A DNA stretch of 64,000 bases from Candidatus Aenigmatarchaeota archaeon (GTDB taxonomy: Archaea > Aenigmatarchaeota > Aenigmatarchaeia > CG10238-14 > SpSt-28): assembly GCA_038997165.1 (NCBI GenBank), contig JAWBAK010000001.1:61926-125925 (forward strand). The letters are read 5' to 3'. The number at the start of each line of letters is the position of its first letter. Position 1 is the stretch's first letter. Below, one piece after another: positions 34,346-43,393 of the stretch. The notes under the pieces were generated by a model that was not told where the DNA came from, searched no databases, and worked only from the letters and a program-made list of their open reading frames with translations. The position numbers and the translations under genes are program-made.

Positions 34346-34957
34346 ATGAAAGAATTACTAAAATCAAAAGTTTTTTGGTTCATATGGTTAAATTGTGCTT
34401 CAAAAGAGATTAGTTTATTCGAAATTCAAAAAAGATGGAAAATAACCTCTAACTTTTTATATCATAAACATAAAACACTAAAAAAAACCTTTTTGGAATT
34501 AATGTTAGAAGGAAATTATATAGAAAAAATTAATAAAAAAGTTAAGGCAAAATTTGAATGGATAGAAGAGTATATAAAGGAATATTATAAGGGTACAATA
34601 TTAGAAAGGTATAGTAATGTAATATCTAAGTTCTGTATAAAATATAACGAAATTTTCTTTGATTTTAACAATTTAAAAATTCTTTTTAGAGATGAAGAAA
34701 ATTGGAAAATTTTTGGAAATGAAATATTTAGATTTATATTTTTTACTCTTATATATAAAGATATCGAAAGATTTCTAAAGGAGCATAGAGCAGAAAATGT
34801 TAAGATGTTAATTGATATTATTAGTTATATTTCTACTCCATTAAATATTTTGGACTACTCAAAAAGAGTTTCTGAAAAAATTATTGAACACGCCAATATA
34901 ATTTCTACGAAAAAAGATGTTGAAGAATTTTTCAATTTGTTAAATCTGAATAAATAA
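34346..34957 (+). CDS. 203-aa hypothetical cytoplasmic protein, possibly a wHTH-like N-terminus
   Basis: ORF with the G-rich element just upstream. No TM, no obvious catalytic motif. The N-terminal ~60 aa (ISLFEIQKRWKITSNFLYHKHKTLKKTFLELMLEG) is weakly wHTH-like. Confidence 0.6.
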   Translation: MKELLKSKVFWFIWLNCASKEISLFEIQKRWKITSNFLYHKHKTLKKTFLELMLEGNYIEKINKKVKAKFEWIEEYIKEYYKGTILERYSNVISKFCIKYNEIFFDFNNLKILFRDEENWKIFGNEIFRFIFFTLIYKDIERFLKEHRAENVKMLIDIISYISTPLNILDYSKRVSEKIIEHANIISTKKDVEEFFNLLNLNK

Positions 34958-34962
34958 TTATT

Positions 34963-37900
34963 ATGCAAGAAAATAGAGTTGATATTGAAAGTTTAAAAAC
35001 TAAAGTTGATGTACTTACAAAATTAATAACTAGAATAAGGGAAGATATTGAGAAAGATTTTAGCTCTTTAAAAGAAGAAGCAAAAAAAGAGCTAACTTCT
35101 ATGATAGAGAATAAAGTAAAAGAATTTGATAAAGAGTTTGAAGAAGTTATTAAAAAATTTGAAGAAATTTATAAAAGTGATGTAGAAAAATTAAAATCAA
35201 AAATTCAGGATTTAGAAGCATATTCAAAGATATCATTAAATACCAAACTAGACAAAATTGATATAGAAATTAAAAAAGTAGAAGACCTATATAATTCTTT
35301 AGAAAGTGAAATAAAAAAGATAAAAAATTTTATAATTTCTTTAGAAGAGGAAAAAACAAAATTTGAAAATAAATTTAATATTATTAATTCTTTGAAAATT
35401 CAAGTTTCTAGTTTAATAGAAAAGATATCCTCACTAGATAATTTATTATCAAAAATTTCTGTTCTTACTTCTGAAATAAAAACTTTAGAAAGTGAAGTAA
35501 AAATATTGAAAGATTTTCAAAACTTAGAAGTTGCAAAATCTAAAGAAAACATTATTAGAATTCTTAAAGAATTAGAAAAATTTGAAGAATTTATTAGGAA
35601 TTTAAAAAATGAAAATGCGTCTTTAAAACTTTTTGCTGATCAATTAAATAGTATTATTGAAAATAATATTGAAAATTTTGAAAAATATAAAATAGAAATT
35701 AATGAAAAATTTGAAAATATAAAAAACTTTTTTGATTCTCAAATAAAAAGTATAAAAGAAGAAAATTTTTTAACTATAAATAATTTAGTAAAAAAAATCG
35801 AGGAAATCGAAAATAAAATAATAGAATTTGAAAAGGAAAAAACTAATGAAATTAATACAAAAGTAAATGAAGCCTTTGAAAAATTAAATTCAATAAATAA
35901 TTATTTTGAAAATTCAATTAAGGAAATCTATAAAAATATAGATTCTCTTAAAAATGAAGCCCAAAATAAACTAAATGTTTTAGAAAATAAACTAAAAGAA
36001 ATTAATGAAAAATTAGAAGAATTTAAGACAAAAGAAGTTGAAGAAAAAATAAAAACTATTAGAAACGAGTTAGAAGAAGTTAAAATAAATATAGAAAATC
36101 AAAAAAAATTTATAAATGAATTATTAAAAGAAAATTTACAGTTATTCGAAAATAAATTAAAAGAGTTTGAAGAAAAGAAAATAAATGAGAAAATTAACTT
36201 AATAAACATTAGTTTAGAAAATAAAATTAGAAATTTTGAAGAGAAATTACAAAAAATTGATAATAATTTAATACAAATTAAAAGTAATTTAGAAAATAGA
36301 TTGATAGAATTAGAAGAAAAAGAAAAAATCAATAACATAGAAAAAGGAAAAGAAATAAGTAAATTAAAAAAATTAATCGAAAATATTATTTTGAAAATGA
36401 ATAGTTTTGAAGAAGAAACCAAAAATAGTATAAATATATTAAAAAATGAATTAGAAGAAACAAAATTAAAAAATAAAGAAATTAGAGATAATTTTTTACA
36501 AAACGTTGAAAATGTAAATAAAATGTTTAGAAATATTTCTGAAAAGGTAGAAAAAATTCAGAAATTTTTTACTGAATACGATAAAATAATAAAAGATTTT
36601 TATTCGAAAATAGAAATTCTTAATAAAAAAATAGAAGAAAACAAAATTTTTGCTAAAAATATAGAGGAATTTAAAAATGAAATGAATCTTATAAAAGAAA
36701 ATTTATCTAATGTCTATGAAAATTTAAATAATAAATTTTTAGAAGTTGAAAATAAAATAAACGAAAATGAAAATAAACTCAAAACTTTTAATAAAAATAT
36801 TGAAAGAATATGGTTGGAAATTGAAAATATTAAAAAAAATTTAAACAAATTTTCTATTTTTGAAAACGAAATAAAAAGAAAAATTAACGATAATTTACAA
36901 AATATTATTAATCAATTAAAAAATGAAGTAAAAGAACTTGAAGAGAAAAAAACCTTAGAAATTGATGAAAAAATTAAAAGAATTGAAAACAACCTTTCTT
37001 TAATAATTAATAATACGCAAAACATGATTGAAAAACTTAGTGAAACATACGAAAATAAAATAAAAAAATTAGAAGAAAATCTAAAAATAATTGAAATAAA
37101 TATTGAAAATAAACTATCAAATATTAATAATCTTTCTGATAACATAAAGAACGAATTTAATGAAAAGATAAAAAATTTAAAATCTGAATTAGATCTTATT
37201 AATAACGCTATTAATAATATAAAAGCGGAAATTAATAAAACTATCTCTGAAAACTTAAATTTCCTTAGAGAAGAAGTAAATAATAAGCTGAAAGAAGTTG
37301 AAGAAAAAGAAATCATGGAAACTAAAATTAAACTTGAAGAACTCTCTAAACTCTTTTCTTTAACTCAAGAAAATCTTAATAAAACTAAGGAGAATTTAAA
37401 TAATATAAAAAATGAAATTGATCAAAAAATAAATGAGCATTTTGAAAAATTAAATTCAATAAATAATTATTTTGAAAATTCAATTAAGGAAATCTATAAA
37501 AATATAGATTCTCTTAAAAATGAAGCCCAAAATAAACTAAATGTTTTAGAAAATAAACTAAAAGAAATTAATGAAAAATTAGAAGAATTTAAGACAAAAG
37601 AAGTTGAAGAAAAAGTAATTACTATAGAAAATGAAATAAAAAATATTATTAAAAATTTTGAACTTTTAAAAAATATAAGTGATGAAAATACAAAAAAAAT
37701 AGAAGATTTAAAAAATAAATTTGAGGATAATATAAAAAAGGAAGCAAACATGATTAAAAGTGATATAGAAGAGAAAATTAACAAAATATCGAATAATTTA
37801 GAAAAAAAGATAGAAAATATTGAATCTCTTATTTCATTTTTATCCGAAAAAACTAATAATATAGATAACGAACTCAAAACATTTAATAAAAAAGAATTTG

Positions 37901-38100
37901 TAGAAAAATACGAATTAGAAAATCTTAAAAATGAAATAAAAATTATAAAAGAAAAAATTGAAAATCAAGAAAAATTAATTAAGAATTTGGAAGAAAAAAT
38001 TACATTAATAAAAGAGGGACTACCAAAAGAGATAAAGGATATAGAGGATATAATAATTTCTTTTAAAAATCTTGAAAATGAGTTTAGAATTATAGAATAA
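34963..38100 (+). CDS. 1045-aa K/E/N/I-rich coiled-coil protein with an internal nucleotide-identical repeat
   Basis: Heptad periodicity across the whole length. No P-loop, no TM. Repeats at 35875-36048 and 37441-37614. TAA at 38098-38100 directly abuts the stop of the convergent gene. Confidence 0.8.
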   Translation: MQENRVDIESLKTKVDVLTKLITRIREDIEKDFSSLKEEAKKELTSMIENKVKEFDKEFEEVIKKFEEIYKSDVEKLKSKIQDLEAYSKISLNTKLDKIDIEIKKVEDLYNSLESEIKKIKNFIISLEEEKTKFENKFNIINSLKIQVSSLIEKISSLDNLLSKISVLTSEIKTLESEVKILKDFQNLEVAKSKENIIRILKELEKFEEFIRNLKNENASLKLFADQLNSIIENNIENFEKYKIEINEKFENIKNFFDSQIKSIKEENFLTINNLVKKIEEIENKIIEFEKEKTNEINTKVNEAFEKLNSINNYFENSIKEIYKNIDSLKNEAQNKLNVLENKLKEINEKLEEFKTKEVEEKIKTIRNELEEVKINIENQKKFINELLKENLQLFENKLKEFEEKKINEKINLINISLENKIRNFEEKLQKIDNNLIQIKSNLENRLIELEEKEKINNIEKGKEISKLKKLIENIILKMNSFEEETKNSINILKNELEETKLKNKEIRDNFLQNVENVNKMFRNISEKVEKIQKFFTEYDKIIKDFYSKIEILNKKIEENKIFAKNIEEFKNEMNLIKENLSNVYENLNNKFLEVENKINENENKLKTFNKNIERIWLEIENIKKNLNKFSIFENEIKRKINDNLQNIINQLKNEVKELEEKKTLEIDEKIKRIENNLSLIINNTQNMIEKLSETYENKIKKLEENLKIIEINIENKLSNINNLSDNIKNEFNEKIKNLKSELDLINNAINNIKAEINKTISENLNFLREEVNNKLKEVEEKEIMETKIKLEELSKLFSLTQENLNKTKENLNNIKNEIDQKINEHFEKLNSINNYFENSIKEIYKNIDSLKNEAQNKLNVLENKLKEINEKLEEFKTKEVEEKVITIENEIKNIIKNFELLKNISDENTKKIEDLKNKFEDNIKKEANMIKSDIEEKINKISNNLEKKIENIESLISFLSEKTNNIDNELKTFNKKEFVEKYELENLKNEIKIIKEKIENQEKLIKNLEEKITLIKEGLPKEIKDIEDIIISFKNLENEFRIIE
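35875..36048 (+). repeat. Copy 1 of a 174-nt exact repeat inside the 1045-aa gene (partner 37441-37614)
   Basis: Encodes FEKLNSINNYFENSIKEIYKNIDSLKNEAQNKLNVLENKLKEINEKLEEFKTKEVEEK. Nucleotide-identical to the partner, offset 1566 nt. Confidence 0.9.
37441..37614 (+). repeat. Copy 2 of the 174-nt exact repeat inside the 1045-aa gene
   Basis: Identical to 35875-36048. Confidence 0.9.
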
Positions 38101-38484
38101 TTAACCTGGTATAAAATAATATTTCTTTTTACCTTCTCTTACACTTCTTACTTCACCACTTTCTTCCATTTCAACCAAATATTCAGAGCATCTCGTTCTT
38201 GATAAGTTTAATAAATTTGCCAAATCTTGAGCAGTTAGTTTTCCATGTTTTTTTAGTAAAATTTTTATTAGTTCTTTTGTTTTTCTTGTTAAAGGAGTTC
38301 CAACGTCTTCAATTTTCATATTTCTTTTTATTATTGATATTTCTGCTTCTAAGCTCTTTATTTTTTCTTCTAATTCCAAAATTTTGTCATAAACTTTAGT
38401 TAAAAAATTATATAAATTATCAAGTTTCTGATTAATTATTCCAACAATCAATTGATTTTCATCTTTTTTTTGCTTAAAAATCAT
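38101..38484 (-). CDS. 127-aa transcription regulator: N-terminal coiled coil plus C-terminal winged helix-turn-helix (TrmB/MarR/ArsR-like)
   Basis: C-terminus ELIKILLKKHGKLTAQDLANLLNLSRTRCSEYLVEMEESGEVRSVREGKKKYYF has a wHTH pattern (helix, turn, recognition helix, wing). Confidence 0.7.
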   Translation of the reverse strand: MIFKQKKDENQLIVGIINQKLDNLYNFLTKVYDKILELEEKIKSLEAEISIIKRNMKIEDVGTPLTRKTKELIKILLKKHGKLTAQDLANLLNLSRTRCSEYLVEMEESGEVRSVREGKKKYYFIPG

Positions 38485-38501
38485 AAATAAATTATCGAAG
38501 T

Positions 38502-38684
38502 TTATTTTAATTTCTTTAACATTGGTACACCATTTTTTGCCTCTATAACTATATATCCTGGAGGTATTGCTTCTAAAGCATCTATAGGATCTTTACTAAA
38601 ATAAAAAATTAGATTTTTTCCTCTACCTATTTTCATATGTAAATACCAAATTTCCCCTTTTTTGTTTTTATATTTATATGGCAT
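38502..38684 (-). CDS. 60-aa basic hypothetical protein
   Basis: MPYKYKNKKGEIWYLHMKIGRGKNLIFYFSKDPIDALEAIPPGYIVIEAKNGVPMLKKLK. Not low-complexity. Packed tightly between operon neighbours with 3 nt and 17 nt gaps. Confidence 0.5.
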   Translation of the reverse strand: MPYKYKNKKGEIWYLHMKIGRGKNLIFYFSKDPIDALEAIPPGYIVIEAKNGVPMLKKLK

Positions 38685-38686
38685 AA

Positions 38687-40807
38687 TTAGCTAAACTTTC
38701 TTTTTATAAAAGTTTTACCTATAACTTTTTCGTTATTTTTTCTTTTTCTTGAAATGAATATAGATAATGTTATTATAATGATAGATACTAAAATGGATAT
38801 ATAAGTATTGTTATCTAATATTAATACAAATTTTCCTGTTAGATAGTTATTTGATTTTAACTCTTTTTGATTAGTTATATAAAAAACAGGTATATCAAAA
38901 TAAAATTCACTAATATTGTTTTTTAGCTTTAACTTTATAATTTCTGGATTAGATTTTCTAGTAAAATTAAAAAGTTTTATTTTTATAGATTCTCCAACCA
39001 TAATTCTATCGATTTTTATTGTATCTACTTCGCAACCTTCAGAAAATAAATATATGTTTTCTAAATCTTTTTGACCAGAATTTTTTATTTCTATAATTTT
39101 TTCATTTTCAAAATCAGAAAGTTCTATTGATGTATTTAATAAAGTTAATTCTATTTTTGCTTCTGTAACTATATTAATAGCTTCTCTAAAATTTACAAAA
39201 AAATCGCTTTCTGAAAAAAGTAATAAAGTATAGTTTCCTTCGATAGATGGTGAAGATAAAATTAATTCAAATCTACCATTTTGAGTTTGTATAGTATAAA
39301 CTCTTCCATTAAATGAAGCTTTAAAATTTATATCTTGAGGTTTACCTGTGCTATCTATAACTATTCCTCTTAATAGTATTTGCTCGTTTAAATAATATTT
39401 TGGTTTATTAAGTGAATATTGAATTTTTAAGCTTAATTTTTCAAAAATTCCAAAGTAACTTTTATCAAATATTTCAAATTCTATATAATTTGCTATTGTA
39501 TTTTTAGTAAACAATCTAACTTCAAATTTTTTACAAGATTTATCTTTTAAAGAAATTTCTTTACAAAAAATTGGATAAACCATTTCTTCGGAATCAATTT
39601 TTCTTTCATCGTAATATATCCTTGTAATTATTTTTTCAAATTCTAAATCTGTTTCGAAAACAAAAAAATCTAAAATTTTTAAATTTTTTTCGTTAAGAGT
39701 TATAGGATAAAATCTTATTGAGTTATCAAAATATTTTAAATTAACGTTAATCATTCTTATTTCTGCGTTTTTATATTTTATAGTTATATTTCTTTTTCCG
39801 GGTAAAAATAAAAATGTTTGATTTCCAGATAAAGAATATTGAAGATCATCTATTTTTAATGTTATAGTTATTGGATTATTATCATAATCAAAAAAATTAC
39901 AAACTCCAAGCTTTCCTATATTTACTGTTTTTTTAACATCTATCCAATGCATATTATATCTTACTCTAAATTTTATTGTTGAAGCCTCTGCAGGCAAAGT
40001 TATATTAATACATATTCTATTATTACAATCAAAAAAGTTGTTTAACTTAGCATTTTCAACTTCAATACTTATGTTATTTGAACTTAATTTATTTCCCTTA
40101 AATGAAACATCCATAGCAGCAACTACAGAACTTTCTGGATAATAAATTTTATCTTCTAAATCTACATTAGCTTGAAGAGGATTATTAATAACTAAATTTA
40201 AATTCTTAGAAAAAGTTCTAGAAAAATTTCTTAAAAAAATTGAAATCGTTTCTATTTTGTTTATCTCTTTCGATGGAACAAACTTCAAATAATAATAGTA
40301 TCCAATTCTATCCAATTTAAAATTATCTGTAAAAGAGAATTTTATATCAAATTCTGAAGGATCCATAACTCTCGGCTTATTACTCCAACTCTCTTTTAAA
40401 TTAAGAATAAACTTTATTGAAGTCTCTTCGTTTAAATAATTATTTGAAATTTCCAGTATATCAAAATTTAGTACATGCAAGCTTATTCTTATGGTTTTTG
40501 ATATATTAATATTTTGAATTTCATTAAAACAAATAGCTGTTACATTAAAATCTTGAGATAAATAATCTTCATATTTTAATGTTAATTGATTCTTAGGATT
40601 TATAAAAATTCTTTGCAAACCATTATCTATAGATATTACTATTTTATCTAAAATATAATCAGTAGGACAACTAACACTTATGTTAATATTATCACCTAAA
40701 AAAGCATCGGTAGGAAAAAAATCTATGTTTATAGATTCTTGAGAAAAAGTAAGCAATAAAAATAAAATTGAGATTAAAAAACTTTTTGTTATATAAAACT
40801 TAGCCAT
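38687..40807 (-). CDS. 706-aa secreted surface protein with C-terminal TM anchor and K/R tail
   Basis: N-terminal signal MAKFYITKSFLISILFLLLTFSQ. NxS/T-rich beta-sandwich-like body. C-terminus ISILVSIIIITLSIFISRKRKNNEK. The start overlaps the upstream MinD stop by 19 nt. Confidence 0.8.
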   Translation of the reverse strand: MAKFYITKSFLISILFLLLTFSQESINIDFFPTDAFLGDNINISVSCPTDYILDKIVISIDNGLQRIFINPKNQLTLKYEDYLSQDFNVTAICFNEIQNINISKTIRISLHVLNFDILEISNNYLNEETSIKFILNLKESWSNKPRVMDPSEFDIKFSFTDNFKLDRIGYYYYLKFVPSKEINKIETISIFLRNFSRTFSKNLNLVINNPLQANVDLEDKIYYPESSVVAAMDVSFKGNKLSSNNISIEVENAKLNNFFDCNNRICINITLPAEASTIKFRVRYNMHWIDVKKTVNIGKLGVCNFFDYDNNPITITLKIDDLQYSLSGNQTFLFLPGKRNITIKYKNAEIRMINVNLKYFDNSIRFYPITLNEKNLKILDFFVFETDLEFEKIITRIYYDERKIDSEEMVYPIFCKEISLKDKSCKKFEVRLFTKNTIANYIEFEIFDKSYFGIFEKLSLKIQYSLNKPKYYLNEQILLRGIVIDSTGKPQDINFKASFNGRVYTIQTQNGRFELILSSPSIEGNYTLLLFSESDFFVNFREAINIVTEAKIELTLLNTSIELSDFENEKIIEIKNSGQKDLENIYLFSEGCEVDTIKIDRIMVGESIKIKLFNFTRKSNPEIIKLKLKNNISEFYFDIPVFYITNQKELKSNNYLTGKFVLILDNNTYISILVSIIIITLSIFISRKRKNNEKVIGKTFIKRKFS

Positions 40808-41514
40808 TTTTTTAGAAATAAGAAGCTTGGTTTTTTATAAGGAATACCTAAAAAATTGCTAGCAAAACTTTTAATTTCTATTGTAAATGAAGAATAAGGA
40901 TTATAAAACACATAGGGTATTCCTTTGTTTAAACTCTCCTTTATTTTTGTATCTTCTGGTAAAACAGCTAAAATAGGTATTCCTGAAATATCAAAAATTT
41001 CGTTTGGACTAATTGATTTTTTTGTATATCTATTAACTATTATTCCAGTAATTTTTATATTTTCCTTTTCAAACTCTTTTATTATTCTCATTAAGGCATA
41101 TATCGAAGTTGTTTCTGGTAAAGTTAGTAAAAATATTTCGTCACATATTTTCGCTATTTCCAAATTTTTTTCAGATATTCCTGGTTCTGTATCTATAACT
41201 AAAAAATCAAAACTCCCTTCTAAATCATTTAATATGTTTATGTTCTTATAGTTTAGATTAGAATCTCCGGTTGGTAAAACTCTTAACCCAAAAGGGGTTA
41301 AATATATTGCATTATTTATCGGTATTTCAAAATTTAAAGCTCGCGAAAGATTTAAATTATAGTTTATTAGACCTAAGGAAATAGATAAAGAATTGTTAAG
41401 ATCTGTATCTATTAATAATGGATTTTTTTCAAAACATAATAAAGAGCTTGCAAAATTTATTGCAAATGTTGTTTTTCCTACACCACCCTTAGCTGAAAAA
41501 ATCCCTATTTTCAT
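40789..41514 (-). CDS. MinD/ParA-family ATPase paralog, 241 aa
   Basis: MKIGIFSAKGGVGKTTFAINFASSL (deviant Walker A). LIDTDLNNSLSISLGL. LVIDTEPGIS (Walker B-like). Confidence 0.8.
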   Translation of the reverse strand: MKIGIFSAKGGVGKTTFAINFASSLLCFEKNPLLIDTDLNNSLSISLGLINYNLNLSRALNFEIPINNAIYLTPFGLRVLPTGDSNLNYKNINILNDLEGSFDFLVIDTEPGISEKNLEIAKICDEIFLLTLPETTSIYALMRIIKEFEKENIKITGIIVNRYTKKSISPNEIFDISGIPILAVLPEDTKIKESLNKGIPYVFYNPYSSFTIEIKSFASNFLGIPYKKPSFLFLKKWLSFI

Positions 41515-41543
41515 AAAAAAATAAAATAAAGGAAAAAATATTA

Positions 41544-42461
41544 TTATACTGAAGCCACTATGAAGAGCTTTCCGCTTACTGTGCCCATTGGAACTCCATA
41601 TGGAATTCTTACTTGAACTCTAAAATTCACAAACTCTGCTGGATTTAACTGAGTTGATCTTAAATAATTTGTTGGAAGATTTACTTTATCAGTAATATTA
41701 TAATCCCAATATCCAAAATATGCTTCTGTTCCATCGGAATTTATGACAAAATATCCTTCTAACATATTATTATTTCCTATTGTATGAGCTACATAACCAT
41801 ATTCGTTAACTGCTGTTAAAGATTTTTCGTCATATTGGCTTGCGTCAGAAAAGCTTAAAATACCTGAAGAAGTTGCTGTTTTTGGAGATTTGGCAAATCT
41901 TACTTTAACATCTGATGTATTGAATTTTTTATTACTATCAGAAATTGCTAGAATAAACCAATCCTCTCCTTCATTTGTCACAACTTTTGCTGTTCTAAAT
42001 AAGAAAAGTTTACATTTTGTGGAATCAAAATTATCGTTATTCATACATTCTGCTGGAAATGTCATGTATTTTGGTGGGTTATCTATTGAGAATAATCTCT
42101 GAGCTACATATTTAATATTTGATGATTCATCCTCTACCAAAACGAATTCTCCGCTTTTATGTAAGTTTGGATTGTTACTTCCCCATGGGTTTTGTGATGG
42201 CAACTCAACACTGATTTTTATGTTACTTATTGGTACGCTACCTAAGTTATAAATTGTTATGTAAGCAGAATTTGGATTTGCTATATCTCCTGGCATACCC
42301 GAGAAACTTATTGCATCTGGAGTTACATCTATTATTACGGCTTGCTGTACTGTAACATCTACAATTACCTCGCTAGGATAGTCTTCAGAAAAAGAAACAT
42401 AAAAACCTATTACTATAAAAGCTACTAGTATTGCTAGTATTACATTGCTTTTTTCTTTCAT
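41544..42461 (-). CDS. 305-aa secreted/anchored protein, less Asn-biased than its neighbours
   Basis: N-terminal hydrophobic anchor MKEKSNVILAILVAFIVIGFYV. Contains NLGSVPISNI (CARDB-like). First gene of the minus-strand operon. Confidence 0.7.
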   Translation of the reverse strand: MKEKSNVILAILVAFIVIGFYVSFSEDYPSEVIVDVTVQQAVIIDVTPDAISFSGMPGDIANPNSAYITIYNLGSVPISNIKISVELPSQNPWGSNNPNLHKSGEFVLVEDESSNIKYVAQRLFSIDNPPKYMTFPAECMNNDNFDSTKCKLFLFRTAKVVTNEGEDWFILAISDSNKKFNTSDVKVRFAKSPKTATSSGILSFSDASQYDEKSLTAVNEYGYVAHTIGNNNMLEGYFVINSDGTEAYFGYWDYNITDKVNLPTNYLRSTQLNPAEFVNFRVQVRIPYGVPMGTVSGKLFIVASV

Positions 42462-42520
42462 AATAAATATTAATGTTAAAAATTGATATATATACTTTTC
42501 GCTTGCCCTTCCTATAAATT
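42462..42520. promoter_or_regulatory. 59-nt divergent intergenic region (probable bidirectional promoter)
   Basis: Divergent start codons at 42461 (minus) and 42521 (plus). AT-rich with several TATA-like runs. No specific element can be pinned down in this composition. Confidence 0.3.
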
Positions 42521-43393
42521 TTGATAGTTTTGAAATTTATTATGAAGTCTTATATAGCTATGCTATTGACTCTATTTTTTGCCATTTTTTATATTTCTTT
42601 CTCTCAAGTTGGTATAATGTTGTCGAGTGGAAACATAACATTAACAAATTATGAAACTTTTAGTAGCTTGAGAATCTATGGAAGTAATAAAAGTTATATT
42701 GAAATAACACATAGAGAGGCCAATATACTTGATGTCTTATCAAACTTTAAAGGAATTATACAAAATTTCTCTGAACAAAAAGATTGCATTAAAATAGAGT
42801 TATATAATAATTTTGTTAAAATAGAAAGTTCAAATGATAAAATTTCGTTTATAGATATTCCATTTGTTATAAAAAGATGTAAAGAAGCAGAGCCTGGATA
42901 TAGAATTTTTTATATAAGTGCTAGAGAAATAAAAGATATAAAAGGAGAAAAAGATTATTCTGTAGCGATAATACCATCTGTAGAAATACCTATATTAATG
43001 TTAGTTGAAGGTAATGCAATAAGAAAGATTAGTATATTAGATTTGAATGTGATATATGAAGAAAAACCTAAAATAAGCGTGTTGGTTAGAAATGACGGAA
43101 CTGTAACTACTTCATTTAAAACTACTCTTAATATCTCTAATTATTCCTTTAGCTCGTTTGGTATATTAAAACCAAAAGAGGTTTCTATTATAAAATTTCC
43201 AATAAGTCTTGTTGGAAAATATAATGTTACTGCTAAAGTCGATTATTATAGCGATTTTTCCTTAGAAGAAAAGGAATTAGAAATTAAAGAGTTTTATATT
43301 AGTTTTGAAGAGATTTTTGTTAACGTCTTGCCATATGTAATAGTTATTGCATCTGTTATAATTGCTATTATTTTAGTTTTAAAAAGGGTATGA
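42521..43393 (+). CDS. 290-aa membrane-anchored surface protein (N-terminal and C-terminal hydrophobic segments)
   Basis: N-terminus SYIAMLLTLFFAIFYISF. CARDB-like VRNDGTVTTSF. C-terminal TM VLPYVIVIASVIIAIILVLKRV. Confidence 0.7.
   Translation: MIVLKFIMKSYIAMLLTLFFAIFYISFSQVGIMLSSGNITLTNYETFSSLRIYGSNKSYIEITHREANILDVLSNFKGIIQNFSEQKDCIKIELYNNFVKIESSNDKISFIDIPFVIKRCKEAEPGYRIFYISAREIKDIKGEKDYSVAIIPSVEIPILMLVEGNAIRKISILDLNVIYEEKPKISVLVRNDGTVTTSFKTTLNISNYSFSSFGILKPKEVSIIKFPISLVGKYNVTAKVDYYSDFSLEEKELEIKEFYISFEEIFVNVLPYVIVIASVIIAIILVLKRV

Noticed and set aside
31660-38100. SMC/Rad50-type ATPases as the identity of the long coiled-coil proteins
   Set aside because: No Walker A, Walker B or ABC-signature motifs are present at either end; the proteins are coiled coil from end to end.
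41544-42461. Type IV pilin or archaellin (class III signal peptide) identity for the 305-aa protein
   Set aside because: The N-terminus MKEKSNVILAILVAFIVIGFYV lacks the short charged leader plus G/A cleavage site and the conserved hydrophobic pilin N-domain pattern. It reads as an ordinary signal anchor.
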